64,000 nucleotides of DNA from Malacoraja senta (lineage: Eukaryota), in assembly GCA_038087875.1 (NCBI GenBank), contig CM075993.1:4466001-4530000 (forward strand), written 5' to 3'. A program made the translations under genes and the position numbers. The notes under the pieces are model-generated. The model saw nothing but the letters and a program-made list of their open reading frames with translations, did no database searches and was not told where the DNA came from. Positions 55,140-64,000 of the stretch are shown here, piece by piece. Within the stretch, counting starts at the first letter, position 1, and each line of letters starts with the position of its first letter.

Positions 55140-55222
55140 CTTTCCAAAGGCAGAGGCCCCAGCACATATGTGTGTGAATTTAAACTGTTTGTGTGAAACC
55201 AGGACCAGTGGTGTCAGTTCCT
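55140..55222 (-). CDS. ETFA: ETFA coding exon 4 ([28 protein letters not shown])
   Basis: [12 protein letters not shown] motif, 83 nt, ag/gtaag boundaries. Confidence 0.96.
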
Positions 55223-55848
55223 CTGTCAACGATAGAGAAAAGGAAACATTAAGGATAGAAATGAAGTGTCTGAAAACATCTATATTAGTCCAAAGAATAA
55301 TATTGAACCCCAGGGTACATAAATCACAATGTGAAACATGAAATTAGAGGCTTGCACATGCCTGTACATCTTCAATGTCCTTCTTTTTTTTGGGTTCCTA
55401 TCCCTTTACCGATTGCTGTTATAAAGGTATCCCCATATACCTACTCTAGACTTAGTGGGGAGATTTATTACTTACATCCACGGCATGTGTTATCGCTAGT
55501 TTGTTTTTAATTATGTCACTTAACATTCCACAATAAATGTTAGGGACAGTGTTTGAAGCTATAAAAACATATGTTAGTCATAGAGTTAGAGTATAAACAG
55601 TTAAGAGCACAAGAAAGCAGTAGAATGACAAATGTCCTCTCAGAGGAACAATAGCGAAAGGCCATTTATAATAAACTGCAAAAATAAAACTCTTGCCTCG
55701 GGAATAGCACGTTTAAAATCTACTAGCATTATTTTAGTACTTAAACACCATAACCTACAACACCAATAGCTTAGCGCAGAGAACATCAGCCTAGTCAGAT
55801 AAAAATGTAAACAAAAACAGGAGGCGAGAGAAGAGATCACTGGAACTA

Positions 55849-56801
55849 CAGTGCCCTCCATAATGTTTGGGGCAAAGACCCGTCATTTATTTATTTGCCT
55901 CTATACTCTACAATTTGAGATTTGTAATAGAAAAAAAAAATCACATGTGGTTTGTGCACATTGGCAGATTTTAATAAAGGCCATTTTTATACATTTTGGT
56001 TTCACTATGTAGAAATTACAGCAGTGTTGATACATAGTCCCTCCATTTCAGGGCACCATGTTTGGGACACAGCAATGTCATGTAAATGAAAGTAGTCATG
56101 TTTAGTATTTTGTTACATATCCTTTGACATACAATGACTGCTTGAAGTCTGCGATTCACGGATATCACCAGTTGCTGGGTGTCTTCTCTGGTGATGCTGT
56201 CAGGCCTGTATCACAGCCATCTTTAGCTTATGTGTTAAAGAAGGAACTGCAGATGCTGGAAAATCGAAGGTACACAAAAATGCTGGAGAAACTCAGCGGG
56301 TGCAGCAGCATCTATGGAGCGAAGGAAATAGGCAACGTTTCGGGCCGAAACCCTTCTTCAGACGAAGGGTTCTGAAGAAGGGTCTCGGCCCGAAACGTTG
56401 CCTATTTCCTTCGCTCCATAGATGCTGCTGCACCCGCTGCGTTTCTCCAGCATTTTTGTGTACCATCTTTAGCTTATGCTTGTTTTGGGGGCTATTCCCC
56501 TTCAGTTTTCTCTTCAGCATATAAAAGGCATGCTCAGTTGGGTTCAGATCGGGTGATTGACTTGGCCACAAGAATTGACAATTTTTTTGCTTTGAAAAAC
56601 TCCTTTGGTGCTTTAGCAGAATGTTTGGGATCATTGTCTTGCTGTAGAATGAACAACCGGCCAATTGAGTTTTGAGGCATTTGTTTGAACTTGAGCAGAT
56701 AGGATGTGTCTATACCTTTCACAATTCATTATGCTACTGCCATCAGCAGTTGTATCATCAATGAAGACAAGTCTTTGACCCAAACATTATGGAGGACACT
56801 G
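55849..56801 (-). mobile_element. Internally deleted copy of the same Tc1 family
   Basis: TA|CAGTGCCCTCCATAATGTTTGGG ... CCCAAACATTATGGAGGACACTG|TA. Retains QQDNDPKH and WPSQSPDLNPTEH fragments. Confidence 0.92.
56233..56462. mobile_element. Palindromic PLE-terminus-derived element inserted in Tc1
   Basis: Two inverted pLTR units, each with a hammerhead core. 16-bp TSD ccatctttagcttatg at 56217-56232 and 56463-56478. Confidence 0.85.
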
Positions 56802-56899
56802 TAGTTGAGATTTTTACATCTTTGTTGGCCATAAGCAAGCTACCAAATGTCGGAGGAAGGCAAATGCTGCCCCCCCACCCCCCATTCCGCACCACCCCT

Positions 56900-57710
56900 T
56901 TTCAAGAAATGTAGCGGGCGAAGACTGGTAATGACGGACCTGTGTGCCGATTGTCAGCAGTGGGGAAGTTATTGGAAAAAAATCTGAGGGACAGAATTAA
57001 TGATTACGTGGAGAGACTAGCCAGGATTAGCTTTGCCAAGATCAGATTTTAGTCTAATTGAATGTTTTGAGTACATTGATGAGGGCAATTCTGTGGAATT
57101 CTCTGTCTCAGAGGGCGGTGGAGGCCGGTTCTCTGGATACTTTCAAGAGAGAGCCAGATAGGGCTCTTATAGATAGCGGAGTCAGGGGATATGGGGAGAA
57201 GGCAGGAATGGGGTACTGATTGGGGATGATCAGCCATGATCACGTTGAATGGCGGTGCTGGCTCGAAGGGCCGAATGGCCTACTCCTGCACCTGTTGTCT
57301 ATTGGCAGTTTACACTGGACTTCGCTGAGGCGTTCAACAAAGTACCAAAGGGAGACTAGTCCTAAAGATTAAGGCCTGGGGGATCCAGGGCAAGTTGACA
57401 AACTGGATCTAAAAATGGCTGAGCAAGAGGAGACACGAGGGTTATGGTAGAAGAGTATTTTGGGGATTGGATGCCAGTGTCTAGTGGTTTTCCACATGGA
57501 TCAGTGCTGTTTACAACATACGTGATTGATTTGTATATGGACGCAGGTGACATGATCAGCAAGTTCCAAGTTGATACAAAGTATGGTGGAGTTGTTGTCA
57601 GTGTGGATGGTGGTCTTAGGCAACAGGGTGATATCGGTGTGATAGTGAAATGGGCTGAAACATGGCAGTTGGAGTTTAGTCCAAATAAATACGAGGTGAT
57701 GCACTCTGCA
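56900..57710 (+). mobile_element. Degenerate CR1 reverse-transcriptase fragment with a younger CR1 tail nested at about 57087-57305
   Basis: DW.PVSSGFPHGSVL..YVIDL...ISKFQVDTKYGGVV...WAETWQLEFSPNKYEVMH (decayed FADD region). Confidence 0.8.
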
Positions 57711-57987
57711 ATTGCAATTCATTGACTCCACACCGATCGATACTAACCTTAATTTACGTACTTGCCCGCTAGCCTTGTGTGACATTTCATGTACTAATTT
57801 CAATACTTATTAAAATGTCAATTAAACCTACACTAAGTGACAAAAGAAGCAAGGAGGACCTGGTGCAGAGGTACAGGAAAATATGGAGACGAGGGATGAG
57901 ATTGCTCTTCTGAGAAATAGCATGGACCTAATTAACAAAATGACCTCCCTCTGTATCCCAGTGAGTAAGTAAATCAAACTTGCCCAC

Positions 57988-58068
57988 CTGGCAGCAAACC
58001 TTTGAATATGTCACTCTGTGCCACTAAATCGTCTTCACTCCTTGCACTTTACTGACTTCTTTCACCAC
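57988..58068 (-). CDS. ETFA: ETFA coding exon 3, apparently frameshifted (VVKEVSKVQGVKTI/[L]VAQSDIFKGLLP)
   Basis: Acceptor ttcttgcag, donor CAG|gtggg. Length is 81 nt where phase continuity with exon 4 needs 82. The 5' part reads in one frame, the 3' part (VAQSDIFKGLLP) in another, with an in-frame TAG at 58024-58026. Confidence 0.9.
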
Positions 58069-58412
58069 CTGCAAGAATTAAGTCATCAATAGCTTTGAAC
58101 AAATCTCAAGAGAAATAATGACCACACGAGAGGCAGCCAAGAAAAATCTCTGTGTTATATCAACTGCATCACTAAGGTGCAGAAATACGCTCCATTTTTC
58201 CACCGAGCCTTTTTAAAAAATATATAGTCAAAGACCTTTGGTTCAGTGCCAGTTTTCATTGAGGCACCATGAAATGTTTTATTAAACATGCAATATAAAA
58301 TGCATTTTGCAATGAAGGTTAAGAAAGCCCTATAGACATGTGCATACAATACCACAATGATTTTGAATCAGAAATTTCTTTTAAAATTTCCAGGAATGGC
58401 AACACTTCTTAC

Positions 58413-58562
58413 CTTGCTGCAATCTGTTCCAGCGACCAAGCAGGTTACATCTCCACCCAGCTGTTTAGCAGCTGTAATGGCATTGAGGGTAATTGGAGTC
58501 AATTTCTTATTATCATGTTCTGCGAGAACAAGGGTGCTCTGAAGTCGTCGCAGATAGCAAAT
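58413..58562 (-). CDS. ETFA: ETFA coding exon 2 ([50 protein letters not shown])
   Basis: Manual translation matches the vertebrate ETF-alpha N-terminus (QSTLVIAEH...PITLNTITAA...LGGEVSCLVAGT). Acceptor tcttttgtag, donor AAG|gtaag, 150 nt. Confidence 0.95.
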
Positions 58563-61559
58563 CTACAAAAGACAATAATCTATTACAACTGTGCTACCAG
58601 CAAAACCAACCCTGATCACCTATTCCTAAATACTCTTAAGATAATGGTGAGTCACCTTCTTGAATTTCCACACTACTTTTTGGTACAGTTCTAGATGTTT
58701 GACTACACGATGAAGGAATGTAATACATGCCAAGACTTTAGACTTTTAGACTTTAGAGATAAAGCGTGAAAACGGGCCCTTCGGCCCATCGAGTCCACGC
58801 CAACCAGTGATCACCACATACTATCCTACACACTAGGGACAATTTAAAATTTGCAGATGCCAATTACAAACCTGCACATCTTCGGAGTGTGGGAGGAAAC
58901 CGGAGTAGCCGGAGAAAACACACAGTCACAGGGAGAACTCCATACAGACAGCACCCGGAGTCAGGATTGAACCCAGGTCTCTGGCACTGTAAGGCAGCAG
59001 CCTACCGCTGCCCACTGTGCCGCATCAAGTCTGGATGGTTTGTGACCATGAGGCAACCTCAATTAATGGTAACCCCATGCACCTCCTGTACATCCTCCAG
59101 CTTGCTAGAGATTGTAGACTTCAGAGTTCCTGCACTGTGATATGCAGTTGGTGTCATTTCTGGCATTTTTATGATTATTACTGTGCACCCCAACTTCTGA
59201 CATGATCAATGATGAATGACATTCATGAATGTCAAGACAGTCTGAAGATGGGTTTCGGCCCGAAATGTTGCCTATTTCCTTCGCTCCATAGATGCTGTTG
59301 CACCCGCTGAGTTTCCCCAGCACTTTTGTCTACCTTCGATTTCCAGCATCTGCAGTTCCTTCTTAAACACATTCATGAATCAACCAGGGTTGTTTGCGAA
59401 CAGTACATTGCTTCTGCAAAAGCTCTGGGGCTGAAATAATGAACCTCCAACAGCCACAAACACTTTAATAAATCCACGCAAAGAGGTGATTTCCCTTTTA
59501 TTTCAATTGACGTTAACGTGACAGGTAACCAAACTTGGTCAATGCTGCTTTGATATCACTCCTTTCAAACCTCTGGAATAAGGCCTTTCAGTGCATAGTA
59601 TAATTTGACAGGATAGCGTATAAACAACACTTTTCACTATATCTTGCACATGTGGCAATAATGTACCAAATACCAATGCCAAGGTTGGTACAAAGGTTGG
59701 AATGACGTCTGGGTTCAATGGTCACAGTGAAACTTAAATTATCAGTTTCTCAAAGCTGAGGTTTGAAGATGTTAGTGTATTTTCCATAAAAGATACAATA
59801 AAAAAAGTATCATTTTTTGTAAGTGAAAAATATTGGTCAGGACACTACAAAAAAAATCTTCTATTCTTAACAAAATAGTGCCATGGAATATTTTCCAGCT
59901 ATTTTGAAGGACCTGTGCGACATCCCATACAAATTGCAGGTATTCAAGGTCAGAATATGAGTAAACATTAGCTCTCATTGTCAACATCAAGTTTCAGATG
60001 TTGTTGAGACAGTAGTTTATGGCATTGTCCACACAAAGTCTTAGTATGTTAATCCACAAGAACATTCAGGATAAATGATTAAATGTTCATACTAAATCAT
60101 TACTGTAGTCGGAAATATGTGTAATTAATTACTTCAGCGTTTCCCGATAATTAACTAATGAGCAATCCTTCCCAAATCAAAGACGGTGTACAATTACCCC
60201 ACGACATTTAATTGTGCAAACAGAACTGCAAGTCAAATTTCACCCAATACAGCGACAACAGTTCAAATGATAGAATTGATTGTGGGGCTCCGCAGCTCAT
60301 TATTATCACACTACAGCACACAAAAGCTTTACAAGGATGTTGCCAGGACTCGAGGGTCTGAGCTATAGAGAGAGGTTGAGTAGGCTGGGACTCTATTCCT
60401 TGGAGCATAAGAGGGTGAGGGGTGATCTTGTAGAGGTGTATAAAATCATGAGAGGAACAGATCGGGTAGATGCGCAGAGTCTTTTGCCTAGAGTAGGTTT
60501 AAGGTGAAGGCCAATTAACCTCCAAACCTGCACGTTTTTTGGCCTGTGGGAGAAAACCGAAGATCTCGGAGAAAACCCACACAGGATACGGAGAGAACAT
60601 ACAAACTCCGTGCAGACAAGCACCCACAGTCTGGATCGAACTCGGGTCTCTGGCGCTATAAGGCAGCAGCTCTACCACTGTGCCACCCGTTGGGTTGACA
60701 GTGAAGCAGCTATGGGAAGATGGGTGACAGAGAGGGGATAGCAGGATAGCTTACAAAATTGCAGCAGTTTTCAATATGGTTTATGGCGTTACTCTTAAAA
60801 TAACAGCAAGTTCATTCAACTCTGTTTTCAGAACATGCCATGTCATTATTTAACAAGCGACCCCTAGACTTCCAGCCCAGGACCAAAAATAATGTTCCAC
60901 TTTACTCATGTTACATGAACAAAAATAAGGGTTATCTCATATTTACATTGATGCCTATAATTATAAATAGTATAAACTCTGATCATCTATCTACATGACC
61001 CATGTTTTATTCAGTTCAGTTATATGGTTTACAATTGCGCCATTTGTTTTTCTTCTAACGCATCTGCCCTTGGGAACATTGACATGTCACCAGACAGGGC
61101 TTTCCATTTTGATTTGATGTTCTTAAATCCGAGGAGCAGAATTGGGCTATTCGGCCCAACAAATCTACTCCACCATTCAATCATGGCTGATCTATTCTTT
61201 CCCTTTCTACCCCATTCTCCTGCCTTCGCCCTATGACCCATGACAACTGTACTAGAATCAAGAATCTGTCAAACTCTGCCTTAAAAATATTGACTTGGCC
61301 TTCACTTCCATCTGTGGCAATGAATTCCACAGATTCACCACCCTCTGACTAAATAAATTCCATCTCACCTTCTCTAAAGGTACATCCTTTTATTCTAAGG
61401 CTATGGCCTCTGGTCCTAGACTCTCCCACTAGTGGAAACATCCTCTCCACATCCACTCTATCCAGGCCTTTCACTATTCGGTGTTTCAATAATATCCCCC
61501 CCGATCCTTTGAAACTCCAGTGAGTGCAGGCTCAGTGCCTTCAATAGAAAAATTGAGGG

Positions 61560-61850
61560 ATTGAGGGCCTGGAAAACTGACGTCATTGAAGAGACGAAGG
61601 GCGTGTGAAAATGTCTTGGACATAGGTTGGGAGGGATTGAACCGGGGGAGGGGGATAGGATGGAGTCGAGGAATGTGAATGACAGGAGCAGGCGGAAACA
61701 ATGGGTCTGCCAGGGCAGTTCTGTTTATGGATTTTGAGAAGGTAAAACCGGACTGAGCAGGGCTGGGGAACGATAAGGTTGGAAGCTGTAGAGGCCAGAC
61801 AGCCAGAAGTGATAAAATCAGAGATAGTCTGTGAAACGATGTCCTGGTGG
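61560..61850 (-). mobile_element. Degenerate Penelope-like reverse transcriptase fragment
   Basis: Minus strand reads HQDIVSQTISDFITSG..ASNLIVPQP..RFYLL-KIHKQNCPGRPIVSACSC, then TFSHALRLFNDVSFPGP after a frameshift. An inverted pLTR unit abuts it at 61869. Confidence 0.8.
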
Positions 61851-62072
61851 TGTCATGGGCCATGGAGTCTGAAGAAGGGTCTCGACCCAAAACATCAAGC
61901 CATTCCTTCTCCCCTGAGATGCACACTGTTCGCTCAGTTACCCAGTATTTTGCATCTATCCACAATCTAAATAGGAAGCAGACTAGACTATTGTTATGGA
62001 GACACGTAAAACTGACGTGTCAGGGACAGTTTCTTCCCAGCTGTTACCAAGGTCCCTTCTTCAGACCGCAAC

Positions 62073-62370
62073 TTCCCTCCACAGATGCTGCCTGACCCGC
62101 TGTCTATCTTTATTGAGGATCACACCTTGACCTCTAGCAGCCAGTCCTGGCACAAAATGTCATCTATATATATTCCCGCCACAGATGCTGCCTGACCCAC
62201 TGTCTATTTTAACGAGTGTTACACCATACCCACAACAGCCAGTCCTGGCCCAAATGTAGTCCATATATTTCCCTCCACACAGATGCTGCTTATCTTTGAC
62301 AACATGTCCACCAGCAGCCAGTCCTGGCCCACAATATCTATATATATTTCCCTCCACCCGATGCTGCTGT
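62073..62370. repeat. Diverged tandem repeat of about 80-100 bp, 3-4 units
   Basis: Recurring ccacagatgctgc...cagccagtcctggc.caaa...atatattt.cc. Confidence 0.75.
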
Positions 62371-62498
62371 TTAATGAGGGTCAGACCATGACCTTCAGCA
62401 CAGCCCTGGAGTCAGGACCATTGCAATGCGCTCGGTGTGAAATAAGTTCGGGGAGCAGCGCTCTCCCGCTCGCTTCCAGGCTGCATTGTGGCCGGTGC

Positions 62499-62698
62499 NN
62501 NNNNNNNNNNNNNNNNNNNNNNNNNNNNNNNNNNNNNNNNNNNNNNNNNNNNNNNNNNNNNNNNNNNNNNNNNNNNNNNNNNNNNNNNNNNNNNNNNNNN
62601 NNNNNNNNNNNNNNNNNNNNNNNNNNNNNNNNNNNNNNNNNNNNNNNNNNNNNNNNNNNNNNNNNNNNNNNNNNNNNNNNNNNNNNNNNNNNNNNNNN
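62499..62698. other. Assembly gap (200 N), probable location of ETFA exon 1
   Basis: Run of N. The left flank is CpG-rich and no exon-1 candidate was seen between 58563 and 62498. Confidence 0.9.
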
Positions 62699-63447
62699 TA
62701 AGCGGAAACCGGGTTAACTGGATATTTAAACAAAATGTTACATTTCTTAATCTAATAAAGAAAACGAGTTCCTGTTTTTTTTTAATCATTCCACACAACC
62801 GCAACGGAAGGTCACTTGTTTATTGAAAGAGATTTTTTTTTTAAAAGGGGAGAGAAAACTAGACGGAGACACATTGGGCCCAAGTAGAAAGTCAATAATA
62901 TTTCCATCGCTGCGGACTGTGTAGAGACAAGAGTGGCAGGGCCTCGGGGTGAGGGGACAAAAAACAGGAGGGGGGAGGGAGAATTTCTGTGAGTCCATCA
63001 CAGATTTCTTTACAGTCCTTGGATTGCGTGTAGTAATCCCAACACCTTGCGGCGGAGATTACACCGGTGCGTGCGGTTAGTTTAGAATGAATATCAGGGA
63101 AATGCAAGCAATCTTTAGCAGAGCTTGTTCATTTATTAGCGGGTGGAAAAGGGCATAAACAAAGATGTCGTTCTAGTTAAGACTTGAACGAAGTACTCTG
63201 CTGAAATAACACTTGATTCGTTGGGTCCCTGCTGCAAATATATATTCTGTTATTTTAAATATACGAGCAATGGTGCATCTGGGGGCAAATGAGGCAGCAA
63301 TTTAGCGAGCGGCAGAGATTCAGCCAGGAATCAGCTTTACCGGAGCTAATACAGTAACAGGAAATATCTCGGGGACTCAAAGCCCCGTGAACAGCAGTAT
63401 GTTGCAAATATGTGATATGATCAGATGGAGCCCGGTTGAAAGGCGTT

Positions 63448-63616
63448 CTCGCTCGCTCTCTCCCTCTCCCTCTCTCCCTCTCTCCTCTCCCTCTCCACCC
63501 CCCCCCTCTCTCTCGCTCTCTCCCTCTCCCTCTCTCCCTCCCTCTCTCCTCTCCCTCTCCACCCCCCCCCTCTCTCTCGCTCTCTCCCTCTCCCTCTCAC
63601 TCCCCGTCTCCTCCCT

Positions 63617-63682
<66 letters not shown>
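63448..63682. repeat. CT-rich tract ending in (CT)n
   Basis: Directly visible pyrimidine tract. Confidence 0.95.
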
Positions 63683-63683
<1 letters not shown>

Positions 63684-64000
63684 TTATAATCCATTAAAAA
63701 GGAGCGGCGTGCGTTTAGTGCAGGAGAGGTGGTTTTATTGGGAATAAACAGTTTATTTAGACGGGCGTCACACAGAGGAGAAAGGGGCCACGATTGTTAT
63801 CCTCCATTCAACACGCTGTATTATGTAACACCATGCTTCCCTATCAGTCTGGGGAGCGGTTATCCTGGAATAGCTGCTAAATATATTTTCAGGGGTTTTA
63901 TGAAATAATATTCAGCGCCTGTGAGTTGGGCTCTGTTTATATTGCAACAATAACAAGTCTGTCACTGCAGTGTTGCTGGTGACCTCTATGTATCTAGAAT

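Noticed and set aside
62283..62826. ORFs spanning the N run
   Set aside because: Artefacts of translating through the gap.

Overview
Repeat-rich vertebrate genomic DNA, most likely a cartilaginous fish (skate or ray). That assignment is inferred from abundant HE1-like V-SINEs and CR1/HER1-like LINE tails. One protein-coding gene spans most of the window on the minus strand: ETFA (electron transfer flavoprotein alpha). Coding exons 2-12 lie between 58562 and 10133, all with GT-AG boundaries. Exon 1 was not found and probably falls in the 200-N gap at 62499-62698. Exon 3 is one base short and contains an in-frame stop, probably an assembly error. The rest is transposon debris: CR1-like and Rex1/Babar-like LINE fragments, tRNA-derived SINEs, two Tc1 copies, PIF/Harbinger-type MITEs and an RTE-derived short element. 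The most notable component is about 20 Penelope-like (PLE) terminal units carrying a minimal hammerhead-ribozyme core (CTGAAGA-A-stem II-GAAA-CG-TH). Many of these occur as short hairpin insertions with 12-19 bp target-site duplications. Nearly all ORFs in the supplied track are spurious or repeat-derived.
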